Source of the DNA: Octopus vulgaris
Taxonomy: Eukaryota
DNA: 64,000 nucleotides
Assembly: GCA_951406725.2 (NCBI GenBank)
Contig: OX597815.1
Coordinates: 138,756,001-138,820,000, forward strand
Direction of reading: 5' to 3'
The notes beneath the pieces were generated by a model. It was given only the letters and a program-made list of their open reading frames with translations, was not told the DNA's origin and ran no database searches. The first letter of the stretch is position 1. The number at the start of each line of letters is the position of its first letter. A program made the translations under genes and the position numbers. Shown piece after piece: positions 12,605 through 23,530 of this stretch.

Positions 12605-12986
12605 CTTGAACAAATGGCTTTAACAAGCCTTTGGTAATCTAAATTGATTGTAGTTTTCCCCCACTGAGGGGGAACACCAACGCGAAGTCTTCGCGCGAAG
12701 GTTGACTTCGTCCGTTAGACAACAATGGACAAAAAAAGGTAGACCAACAGTATATAATAACAGAGATAAGTAGTATGAGAGCAAAAATATATATCAACTT
12801 ACTAATAACGCAATAAATTGATTTCCTCCATGTGATTTCTTTATTACCCACTAAGGGGCTACGAAGAATGGCGGACATAACAAAACATGGGGACATAGAA
12901 CATTATAATTAAACTTTATGAAAATGAATTGTTAAACGAAAAAAATGATAAAATGAAAGCGATACCAACGGCCCCGTCCGTCAGCA

Positions 12987-14403
12987 TCACTTACCTGTCC
13001 TTTGTTTTTCATAGTCACTTGAATGTTCTTTGTCAATACGAATAAATTCCATATCCATTCTTACTCCGAAATACTCATTCATATTTTCCACGAATTCATC
13101 GCTCATTCTTATATCTTTCACCTCCCAATTTTCCTTTTCACACCTCCCCATAAACTCACCTATGTTCTTTTTTTCAATCACAGCATACCTAGTCTCTCCA
13201 ACATCATACCGTTTATACTCTTCCATTAGACTTTTAACTTCCCTCTGTTCAGTCATAGTACAAATGTACGGCCTGGGTTCGATTTCAATCTCTTGTGTGT
13301 GTGTATTCTTTTTTTTTTTTGTTTTCTTGTTGGTGGGGAGCGGGTGGGTTCAATGTCTGCATGGATAGGGTGGGACTCAGAGGGTGTGGGAGGTTTTGGG
13401 GTAGATTGGAGTTCCATATTATTTTCTTTTTTTCCACATATTCTTCTCTTCCTCTTACTTCCAGCTTCCTTCCATGTCTGTGTATTCTCTTCCTCTGTTT
13501 CCTTCTCCTCTGGTTTCTGCTTCTCTCTCTCTGGTTCGGGATCCATTTCTTTCCCTGGGGGAGGGCAGAAGGCTCTTATGTGACCCCTCAGGCCACACTT
13601 GTAACAACGTGGAGCCCTGCCCTCCACCCACACTCTCATGATCACTTCTCCCAGTCTGATGCTTTCCGTCAGGTCCACCAGTACCTCGGTCTCTGCCTGT
13701 ACGTTCAGCTCCACTGTTACTCCTCTCCAGCCCTCGGACTTAACCGAGGCATGGAGAATATCTACTTCGTCCTCGTGGCCGCTGATCACAGCCGCCACAA
13801 TCCATTCTGCCTCCACGTTTGGTGGCACTCCCTCCACCCTTATTCGTGTAATCCTCCTGTTTAAATACGTAGGTAACAGTGTTACCTTTTCCGACTTCAC
13901 CGCCTTCGCTGCCATCTTCCTCGCTGCAGACTCAGTTTTGAAATGCACAACTACGGTCCCGTACTTGGATCCTCGAGTCAGAAAATTTATTTCCTCCTCA
14001 GTTCTTCGCAGGGCTTCCTCTATCCATTCCATGGTTAAACTTCTACCCTCTTCCTTTCGTTTGCGAACACCCTGTAAACAATGGTCCTCTTATCATACCA
14101 TTCTTTTCTCCTGGGTGTCGGTGATAGTTCCACCTCACCGCTTTCCTTTTTCATGTATTTCTGGTAACTTGGCAACTTGGCCATGTCGACCCCTTTCTCT
14201 TCCGCCTTCTTGGTTACACCGGCATAGGTATAACCCAGCTTCTTTTCCAATTCCCTTGCTGCCATATCTAGCTCCTTCTCAGACATAGGCAAGTCTGATA
14301 AAGACTCAAAAACTCCAGCCTTTTCCTCCATCAGCTTCACTGCAATTGCCTGTTCCAGTTCCTCATCCGTCGTGGATAAGTCTGTTAGCGACTCATAGTC
14401 CAT
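12987..14403 (-). pseudogene. ORF1-like protein, unit 1 (two frameshifts; distinct sequence variant)
   Basis: Pieces 14035-14403, 13253-14032 and 12987-13256. Private substitutions EEAL, KTES and IRIDKE. Confidence 0.8.
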
Positions 14404-14716
14404 TTCCTTCTGTCTGACAGACCGAAAACGGCCGCCAAAACAGAAAAAGTGTAACGCGCTGAACGAGCGAAACGCGAAACCGCGTCAACGCCGTTCAGAA
14501 TTTCCACAACAACAACAACCTTTTTTGTTCTTTTTTACCGAATTTCAGGAGCCGAAAAAAAACGTATTTCTTTATTACCCACTAAGGGGCTACGAAGAGT
14601 GGCTGACATCACAAAACATGGGGACATAGAACATTATAATTAAACTTTATGAACATGAATTGTTAAACGAAAAAATGATAAAATGAAAGCGACACCAACG
14701 GCCCCGTCCGTCAGCA

Positions 14717-16132
14717 TCACTTACCTGTCCTTTGTTTTTCATAGTCACTTGAATGTTCTTTGCCAATATGAATAAATTCCATATCCATTCTTACTCCGAA
14801 ATACTCATTCATATTTTCCACGAATTCATCGCTCATTCTTATATCTTTCACCTCCCAATTTTCCTTTTCACACCTCCCCATAAACTCACCTATGTTCTTT
14901 TTTTCAATCACAGCATACCTAGTCTCTCCAACATCATACCGTTTATACTCTTCCATTAGACTTTTAACTTCCCTCTGTTCAGTCATAGTACAAATGTACG
15001 GCCTGGGTTCGATTTCAATCTCTTGTGTGTGTGTATTCTTTTTTTTCTTTTGTTTTCTTGTTGGTGGGGAGCGGGTGGGTTCAATGTCTGCATGGATAGG
15101 GTGGGACTCAGAGGGTGTGGGAGGTTTTGGGGTAGATTGGAGTTCCATATTATTTTCTTTTTTTCCACATATTCTTCTCTTCCTCTTACTTCCAGCTTCC
15201 TTCCATGTCTGTGTATTCTCTTCCTCTGTTTCCTTCTCCTCTGGTTTCTGCTTCTCTCTCTCTGGTTCGGGATCCATTTCTTTCCCTGGGGGAGGGCAGA
15301 AGGCTCTTATGTGACCCCTCAGGCCACACTTGTAACAACGTGGAGCCCTGCCCTCCACCCACACTCTCATGATCACTTCTCCCAGTCTGATGCTTTCCGT
15401 CAGGTCCACCAGTACCTCGGTCTCTGCCTGTACGTTCAGCTCCACTACTCCTCTCCAGCCCTCGGACTTAACCGAGGCATGGAGAATATCTACTTCGTCC
15501 TCGTGGCCGCTGATCACAGCCGCCACAATCCATTCTGCCTCCACGTTTGGTGGCACTCCCTCCACCCTTATTCGTGTAATCCTCCTGTTTAAATACGTAG
15601 GTAACAGTGTTACCTTTTCCGACTTCACCGCCTTCGCTGCCATCTTCCTCGCTGCAGATTCACTTTTAAAGTGCACAACTACGGTCCCGTACTTGGATCC
15701 TCGAGTCAGAAAATTTATTTCCTCCTCAGTTCTTCGCAGGGCTTCCTGTATCCATTCCATGGTTACAACTTCTACCCTCTTCCTTTCGTTTGCGAACACC
15801 CTGTAAACAATGGTCCTCTTATCATACCATTCTTTTCTCCTGGGTGTCGGTGATAGTTCCACCTCACCGCTTTCCTTTTTCATGTATTTCTGGTAACTTG
15901 GCAACTTGGCCATGTCGACCCCTTTCTCTTCCGCCTTCTTGGTTACACCGGCATAGGTATAACCCAGCTTCTTTTCCAATTCCCTTGCTGCCATATCTAG
16001 CTCCTTCTCAGACATAGGCAAGTCTGATAAAGACTCAAAAACTCCAGCCTTTTCCTCCATCAGCTTCACTGCAATTGCCTGTTCCAGTTCCTCATCCGTC
16101 GTGGATAAGTCTGTTAGCGACTCATAGTCCAT
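14717..16132 (-). CDS. ORF1/Gag-like protein with CCHC knuckle, unit 2 (471 aa)
   Basis: CYKCGLRGHIRAFC; homologous to the adjacent LINE ORF1. Confidence 0.88.
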   Translation of the reverse strand: MDYESLTDLSTTDEELEQAIAVKLMEEKAGVFESLSDLPMSEKELDMAARELEKKLGYTYAGVTKKAEEKGVDMAKLPSYQKYMKKESGEVELSPTPRRKEWYDKRTIVYRVFANERKRVEVVTMEWIQEALRRTEEEINFLTRGSKYGTVVVHFKSESAARKMAAKAVKSEKVTLLPTYLNRRITRIRVEGVPPNVEAEWIVAAVISGHEDEVDILHASVKSEGWRGVVELNVQAETEVLVDLTESIRLGEVIMRVWVEGRAPRCYKCGLRGHIRAFCPPPGKEMDPEPEREKQKPEEKETEEENTQTWKEAGSKRKRRICGKKENNMELQSTPKPPTPSESHPIHADIEPTRSPPTRKQKKKKNTHTQEIEIEPRPYICTMTEQREVKSLMEEYKRYDVGETRYAVIEKKNIGEFMGRCEKENWEVKDIRMSDEFVENMNEYFGVRMDMEFIHIGKEHSSDYEKQRTGK

Positions 16133-16447
16133 TTCCTTCTGTCTGACAGACCGAAAACGGCCGCCAAAACAGAAAAAGTGTAACGCGCTGAACGAGCGAA
16201 ACGCGAAACCGCGTCAACGCCGTTCAGAATTTCCACAACAACAACAACCTTTTTTGTTCTTTTTTACCGAATTTTCAGGAGCCGAAAAAACCGCGTATTT
16301 CTTTATTACCCACTAAGGGGCTACGAAGAATGGCGGACATAACAAAACATGGGGACATAGAACATTATAATTAAACTTTATGAACATGAAGTGTTAAACG
16401 AAAAAATGATAAAATGAAAGCGACACCAACGGCCCCGTCCGTCAGCA

Positions 16448-17866
16448 TCACTTACCTGTCCTTTGTTTTTCATAGTCACTTGAATGTTCTTTGCCAATAT
16501 GAATAAATTCCATATCCATTCTTACTCCGAAATACTCATTCATATTTTCCACGAATTCATCGCTCATTCTTATATCTTTCACCTCCCAATTTTCCTTTTC
16601 ACACCTCCCCATAAACTCACCTATGTTCTTTTTTTCAATCACAGCATACCTAGTCTCTCCAACATCATACCGTTTATACTCTTCCATTAGACTTTTAACT
16701 TCCCTCTGTTCAGTCATAGTACAAATGTACGGCCTGGGTTCGATTTCAATCTCTTGTGTGTGTGTATTCTTTTTTTTCTTTTGTTTTCTTGTTGGTGGGG
16801 AGCGGGTGGGTTCAATGTCTGCATGGATAGGGTGGGACTCAGAGGGTGTGGGAGGTTTTGGGGTAGATTGGAGTTCCATATTATTTTCTTTTTTTCCACA
16901 TATTCTTCTCTTCCTCTTACTTCCAGCTTCCTTCCATGTCTGTGTATTCTCTTCCTCTGTTTCCTTCTCCTCTGGTTTCTGCTTCTCTCTCTCTGGTTCG
17001 GGATCCATTTCTTTCCCTGGGGGAGGGCAGAAGGCTCTTATGTGACCCCTCAGGCCACACTTGTAACAACGTGGAGCCCTGCCCTCCACCCACACTCTCA
17101 TGATCACTTCTCCCAGTCTGATGCTTTCCGTCAGGTCCACCAGTACCTCGGTCTCTGCCTGTACGTTCAGCTCCACTGTTACTCCTCTCCAGCCCTCGGA
17201 CTTAACCGAGGCATGGAGAATATCTACTTCGTCCTCGTGGCCGCTGATCACAGCCGCCACAATCCATTCTGCCTCCACGTTTGGTGGCACTCCCTCCACC
17301 CTTATTCGTGTAATCCTCCTGTTTAAATACGTAGGTAACAGTGTTACCTTTTCCGACTTCACCGCCTTCGCTGCCATCTTCCTCGCTGCAGATTCACTTT
17401 TAAAGTGCACAACTACGGTCCCGTACTTGGATCCTCGAGTCAGAAAATTTATTTCCTCCTCAGTTCTTCGCAGGGCTTCCTGTATCCATTCCATGGTTAC
17501 AACTTCTACCCTCTTCCTTTCGTTTGCGAACACCCTGTAAACAATGGTCCTCTTATCATACCATTCTTTTCTCCTGGGTGTCGGTGATAGTTCCACCTCA
17601 CCGCTTTCCTTTTTCATGTATTTCTGGTAACTTGGCAACTTGGCCATGTCGACCCCTTTCTCTTCCGCCTTCTTGGTTACACCGGCATAGGTATAACCCA
17701 GCTTCTTTTCCAATTCCCTTGCTGCCATATCTAGCTCCTTCTCAGACATAGGCAAGTCTGATAAAGACTCAAAAACTCCAGCCTTTTCCTCCATCAGCTT
17801 CACTGCAATTGCCTGTTCCAGTTCCTCATCCGTCGTGGATAAGTCTGTTAGCGACTCATAGTCCAT
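16448..17866 (-). CDS. ORF1/Gag-like protein, unit 3 (472 aa)
   Basis: Intact ORF with CCHC knuckle. Confidence 0.88.
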   Translation of the reverse strand: MDYESLTDLSTTDEELEQAIAVKLMEEKAGVFESLSDLPMSEKELDMAARELEKKLGYTYAGVTKKAEEKGVDMAKLPSYQKYMKKESGEVELSPTPRRKEWYDKRTIVYRVFANERKRVEVVTMEWIQEALRRTEEEINFLTRGSKYGTVVVHFKSESAARKMAAKAVKSEKVTLLPTYLNRRITRIRVEGVPPNVEAEWIVAAVISGHEDEVDILHASVKSEGWRGVTVELNVQAETEVLVDLTESIRLGEVIMRVWVEGRAPRCYKCGLRGHIRAFCPPPGKEMDPEPEREKQKPEEKETEEENTQTWKEAGSKRKRRICGKKENNMELQSTPKPPTPSESHPIHADIEPTRSPPTRKQKKKKNTHTQEIEIEPRPYICTMTEQREVKSLMEEYKRYDVGETRYAVIEKKNIGEFMGRCEKENWEVKDIRMSDEFVENMNEYFGVRMDMEFIHIGKEHSSDYEKQRTGK

Positions 17867-18043
17867 TTCCTTCTGTCTGACAGACCGAAAACGGCCGCCA
17901 AAACAGAAAAAGTGTAACGCGCTGAACGAGCGAAACGCGAAACCGCGTCAACGCCGTTCAGAATTTCCACAACAACAACAACGCTTTTTGTTCTTTTTTA
18001 CCGAATTTTCAGGAGCCGAAAAAAAAACACGGAGCCGAAAAAA

Positions 18044-18116
18044 CGCGACCTTTCTCTACATTGTATACTTTATAGGCTATAGTCTTTTCTTTAATTTAAT
18101 TTTTTATTATCCATCT
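18044..18116 (-). other. 73-bp copy of the target/flank sequence embedded between units 3 and 4
   Basis: Matches 37407-37482 with a few differences. Confidence 0.85.
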
Positions 18117-18268
18117 CTTTTTTTTATTACCCACTAAGGGGCTACGAAGAATGGCGGACATAACAAAACATGGGGACATAGAACATTATAATTAAACTTT
18201 ATGAACATGAATTGTTAAACGAAAAAATGATAAAATGAAAGCGACACCAACGGCCCCGTCCGTCAGCA

Positions 18269-19688
18269 TCACTTACCTGTCCTTTGTTTTTCATAGTCAC
18301 TTGAATGTTCTTTGCCAATATGAATAAATTCCATATCCATTCTTACTCCGAAATACTCATTCATATTTTCCACGAATTCATCGCTCATTCTTATATCTTT
18401 CACCTCCCAATTTTCCTTTTCACACCTCCCCATAAACTCACCTATGTTCTTTTTTTCAATCACAGCATACCTAGTCTCTCCAACATCATACCGTTTATAC
18501 TCTCTTTATTAGACTTTTAACTTCCCTCTGTTCAGTCATAGTACAAATGTACGGCCTGGGTTCGATTTCAATCTCTTGTGTGTGTGTATTCTTTTTTTTC
18601 TTTTGTTTTCTTGTTGGTGGGGAGCGGGTGGGTTCAATGTCTGCATGGATAGGGTGGGACTCAGAGGGTGTGGGAGGTTTTGGGGTAGATTGGAGTTCCA
18701 TATTATTTTCTTTTTTTCCACATATTCTTCTCTTCCTCTTACTTCCAGCTTCCTTCCATGTCTGTGTATTCTCTTCCTCTGTTTCCTTCTCCTCTGGTTT
18801 CTGCTTCTCTCTCTCTGGTTCGGGATCCATTTCTTTCCCTGGGGGAGGGCAGAAGGCTCTTATGTGACCCCTCAGGCCACACTTGTAACAACGTGGAGCC
18901 CTGCCCTCCACCCACACTCTCATGATCACTTCTCCCAGTCTGATGCTTTCCGTCAGGTCCACCAGTACCTCGGTCTCTGCCTGTACGTTCAGCTCCACTG
19001 TTACTCCTCTCCAGCCCTCGGACTTAACCGAGGCATGGAGAATATCTACTTCGTCCTCGTGGCCGCTGATCACAGCCGCCACAATCCATTCTGCCTCCAC
19101 GTTTGGTGGCACTCCCTCCACCCTTATTCGTGTAATCCTCCTGTTTAAATACGTAGGTAACAGTGTTACCTTTTCCGACTTCACCGCCTTCGCTGCCATC
19201 TTCCTCGCTGCAGATTCACTTTTAAAGTGCACAACTACGGTCCCGTACTTGGATCCTCGAGTCAGAAAATTTATTTCCTCCTCAGTTCTTCGCAGGGCTT
19301 CCTGTATCCATTCCATGGTTACAACTTCTACCCTCTTCCTTTCGTTTGCGAACACCCTGTAAACAATGGTCCTCTTATCATACCATTCTTTTCTCCTGGG
19401 TGTCGGTGATAGTTCCACCTCACCGCTTTCCTTTTTCATGTATTTCTGGTAACTTGGCAACTTGGCCATGTCGACCCCTTTCTCTTCCGCCTTCTTGGTT
19501 ACACCGGCATAGGTATAACCCAGCTTCTTTTCCAATTCCCTTGCTGCCATATCTAGCTCCTTCTCAGACATAGGCAAGTCTGATAAAGACTCAAAAACTC
19601 CAGCCTTTTCCTCCATCAGCTTCACTGCAATTGCCTGTTCCAGTTCCTCATCCGTCGTGGATAAGTCTGTTAGCGACTCATAGTCCAT
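18269..19688 (-). pseudogene. ORF1-like protein, unit 4 (frameshift at ~18505)
   Basis: Pieces 18495-19688 and 18269-18463. Confidence 0.8.
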
Positions 19689-20003
19689 TTCCTTCTGTCT
19701 GACAGACCGAAAACGGCCGCCAAAACAGAAAAAGTGTAACGCGCTGAACGAGCGAAACGCGAAACCGCGTCAACGCCGTTCAGAATTTCCACAACAACAA
19801 CAACCTTTTTTGTTCTTTTTTACCGAATTTTCAGGAGCCGAAAAAAACGCGTATTTCTTTATTACCCACTAAGGGGCTACGAAGAATGGCGGACATAACA
19901 AAACATGGGGACATAGAACATTATAATTAAACTATATGAACATGAAGTGTTAAACGAAAAAATGATAAAATGAAAGCGACACCAACGGCCCCGTCCGTCA
20001 GCA

Positions 20004-21421
20004 TCACTTACCTGTCCTTTGTTTTTCATAGTCACTTGAATGTTCTTTGCCAATATGAATAAATTCCATATCCATTCTTACTCCGAAATACTCATTCATA
20101 TTTTCCACGAATTCATCGCTCATTCTTATATCTTTCACCTCCCAATTTTCCTTTTCACACCTCCCCATAAACTCACCTATGTTCTTTTTTTCAATCACAG
20201 CATACCTAGTCTCTCCAACATCATACCGTTTATACTCTTCCATTAGACTTTTAACTTCCCTCTGTTCAGTCATAGTACAAATGTACGGCCTGGGTTCGAT
20301 TTCAATCTCTTGTGTGTGTGTATTCTTTTTTTCTTTTGTTTTCTTGTTGGTGGGGAGCGGGTGGGTTCAATGTCTGCATGGATAGGGTGGGACTCAGAGG
20401 GTGTGGGAGGTTTTGGGGTAGATTGGAGTTCCATATTATTTTCTTTTTTTCCACATATTCTTCTCTTCCTCTTACTTCCAGCTTCCTTCCATGTCTGTGT
20501 ATTCTCTTCCTCTGTTTCCTTCTCCTCTGGTTTCTGCTTCTCTCTCTCTGGTTCGGGATCCATTTCTTTCCCTGGGGGAGGGCAGAAGGCTCTTATGTGA
20601 CCCCTCAGGCCACACTTGTAACAACGTGGAGCCCTGCCCTCCACCCACACTCTCATGATCACTTCTCCCAGTCTGATGCTTTCCGTCAGGTCCACCAGTA
20701 CCTCGGTCTCTGCCTGTACGTTCAGCTCCACTGTTACTCCTCTCCAGCCCTCGGACTTAACCGAGGCATGGAGAATATCTACTTCGTCCTCGTGGCCGCT
20801 GATCACAGCCGCCACAATCCATTCTGCCTCCACGTTTGGTGGCACTCCCTCCACCCTTATTCGTGTAATCCTCCTGTTTAAATACGTAGGTAACAGTGTT
20901 ACCTTTTCCGACTTCACCGCCTTCGCTGCCATCTTCCTCGCTGCAGATTCACTTTTAAAGTGCACAACTACGGTCCCGTACTTGGATCCTCGAGTCAGAA
21001 AATTTATTTCCTCCTCAGTTCTTCGCAGGGCTTCCTGTATCCATTCCATGGTTACAACTTCTACCCTCTTCCTTTCGTTTGCGAACACCCTGTAAACAAT
21101 GGTCCTCTTATCATACCATTCTTTTCTCCTGGGTGTCGGTGATAGTTCCACCTCACCGCTTTCCTTTTTCATGTATTTCTGGTAACTTGGCAACTTGGCC
21201 ATGTCGACCCCTTTCTCTTCCGCCTTCTTGGTTACACCGGCATAGGTATAACCCAGCTTCTTTTCCAATTCCCTTGCTGCCATATCTAGCTCCTTCTCAG
21301 ACATAGGCAAGTCTGATAAAGACTCAAAAACTCCAGCCTTTTCCTCCATCAGCTTCACTGCAATTGCCTGTTCCAGTTCCTCATCCGTCGTGGATAAGTC
21401 TGTTAGCGACTCATAGTCCAT
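20004..21421 (-). pseudogene. ORF1-like protein, unit 5 (1-bp deletion in a homopolymer at ~20330, possibly a sequencing error)
   Basis: Pieces 20270-21421 and 20004-20273. Confidence 0.75.
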
Positions 21422-21762
21422 TTCCTTCTGTCTGACAGACCGAAAACGGCCGCCAAAACAGAAAAAGTGTAACGCGCTGAACGAGCGAAACGCGAAACCG
21501 CGTCAACGCCGTTCAGAATTTCCACAACAACAACAACCTTTTTTGTTCTTTTTTACCGAATTTTCAGGAGCCGAAAAAAAAACTGAGCAGAAAGCAGAAA
21601 GCAGTAAGGCTGATTTTTTATTACCCACTAAGGGGCTACGAAGAGTGCCGGACATAACAAAACATGGGGACACAGAACATTATAATTAAATTTTATGAAC
21701 ATGAAGTGTTAAACGAAAAAATGATAAAATGAAAGCGACACCAACGGCCCCGTCCGTCAGCA

Positions 21763-23181
21763 TCACTTACCTGTCCTTTGTTTTTCATAGTCACTTGAAT
21801 GTTCTTTGCCAATATGAATAAATTCCATATCCATTCTTACTCCGAAATACTCATTCATATTTTCCACGAATTCATCGCTCATTCTTATATCTTTCACCTC
21901 CCAATTTTCCTTTTCACACCTCCCCATAAACTCACCTATGTTCTTTTTTTCAATCACAGCATACCTAGTCTCTCCAACATCATACCGTTTATACTCTTCC
22001 ATTAGACTTTTAACTTCCCTCTGTTCAGTCATAGTACAAATGTACGGCCTGGGTTCGATTTCAATCTCTTGTGTGTGTGTATTCTTTTTTTTCTTTTGTT
22101 TTCTTGTTGGTGGGGAGCGGGTGGGTTCAATGTCTGCATGGATAGGGTGGGACTCAGAGGGTGTGGGAGGTTTTGGGGTAGATTGGAGTTCCATATTATT
22201 TTCTTTTTTTCCACATATTCTTCTCTTCCTCTTACTTCCAGCTTCCTTCCATGTCTGTGTATTCTCTTCCTCTGTTTCCTTCTCCTCTGGTTTCTGCTTC
22301 TCTCTCTCTGGTTCGGGATCCATTTCTTTCCCTGGGGGAGGGCAGAAGGCTCTTATGTGACCCCTCAGGCCACACTTGTAACAACGTGGAGCCCTGCCCT
22401 CCACCCACACTCTCATGATCACTTCTCCCAGTCTGATGCTTTCCGTCAGGTCCACCAGTACCTCGGTCTCTGCCTGTACGTTCAGCTCCACTGTTACTCC
22501 TCTCCAGCCCTCGGACTTAACCGAGGCATGGAGAATATCTACTTCGTCCTCGTGGCCGCTGATCACAGCCGCCACAATCCATTCTGCCTCCACGTTTGGT
22601 GGCACTCCCTCCACCCTTATTCGTGTAATCCTCCTGTTTAAATACGTAGGTAACAGTGTTACCTTTTCCGACTTCACCGCCTTCGCTGCCATCTTCCTCG
22701 CTGCAGATTCACTTTTAAAGTGCACAACTACGGTCCCGTACTTGGATCCTCGAGTCAGAAAATTTATTTCCTCCTCAGTTCTTCGCAGGGCTTCCTGTAT
22801 CCATTCCATGGTTACAACTTCTACCCTCTTCCTTTCGTTTGCGAACACCCTGTAAACAATGGTCCTCTTATCATACCATTCTTTTCTCCTGGGTGTCGGT
22901 GATAGTTCCACCTCACCGCTTTCCTTTTTCATGTATTTCTGGTAACTTGGCAACTTGGCCATGTCGACCCCTTTCTCTTCCGCCTTCTTGGTTACACCGG
23001 CATAGGTATAACCCAGCTTCTTTTCCAATTCCCTTGCTGCCATATCTAGCTCCTTCTCAGACATAGGCAAGTCTGATAAAGACTCAAAAACTCCAGCCTT
23101 TTCCTCCATCAGCTTCACTGCAATTGCCTGTTCCAGTTCCTCATCCGTCGTGGACAAGTCTGTTAAAGACTCATAGTCCAT
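21763..23181 (-). CDS. ORF1/Gag-like protein, unit 6 (472 aa)
   Basis: Intact ORF with CCHC knuckle. Confidence 0.88.
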   Translation of the reverse strand: MDYESLTDLSTTDEELEQAIAVKLMEEKAGVFESLSDLPMSEKELDMAARELEKKLGYTYAGVTKKAEEKGVDMAKLPSYQKYMKKESGEVELSPTPRRKEWYDKRTIVYRVFANERKRVEVVTMEWIQEALRRTEEEINFLTRGSKYGTVVVHFKSESAARKMAAKAVKSEKVTLLPTYLNRRITRIRVEGVPPNVEAEWIVAAVISGHEDEVDILHASVKSEGWRGVTVELNVQAETEVLVDLTESIRLGEVIMRVWVEGRAPRCYKCGLRGHIRAFCPPPGKEMDPEPEREKQKPEEKETEEENTQTWKEAGSKRKRRICGKKENNMELQSTPKPPTPSESHPIHADIEPTRSPPTRKQKKKKNTHTQEIEIEPRPYICTMTEQREVKSLMEEYKRYDVGETRYAVIEKKNIGEFMGRCEKENWEVKDIRMSDEFVENMNEYFGVRMDMEFIHIGKEHSSDYEKQRTGK

Positions 23182-23530
23182 TTCCTTCTGTCTGACAGAC
23201 CGAAAACGGCCGCCAAAACAGAAACAGAAAAAGTGTAACGCGCTGAACGAGCGAAACGCGAAACCGCGTCAACGCCGTTCAGAATTTCCAAACAACAACA
23301 ACCTTTTTTGTTCTTTTTTACCGAATTTTCAGGAGCCGAAAAAAAAACGACTGAGCAGAAAGCAGAAAGCAGTAAGGCTGATTTTTTATTACCCACTAAG
23401 GGGCTACGAAGAGTGCCGGACATAACAAAACATGGGGACACAGAACATTATAATTAAATTTTATGAACATGAAGTGTTAAACGAAAAAATGATAAAATGA
23501 AAGCGACACCAACGGCCCCGTCCGTCAGCA

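Larger units (their letters stand above)
7575..12821 (-). mobile_element. Full-length L1/Tx1-type non-LTR retrotransposon (~5.25 kb)
   Basis: 5'UTR, ORF1, ORF2 and a 3'UTR ending gccccttgtgggtaataataaaaca. Exact 12-bp TSD tttcctccatgt at 7563-7574 and 12822-12833. ORF2 motifs are typical of the L1/Tx1 group (GYWKLN, GLDGLPYE, NFRPITLLN, RQGCPLSPLLY). Confidence 0.92.

Noticed and set aside
14716-14727. acttacctg matching the U1 snRNA 5' end
   Set aside because: Only 9 nt match and no U1 body follows; it is the reverse complement of a splice-donor-like motif.
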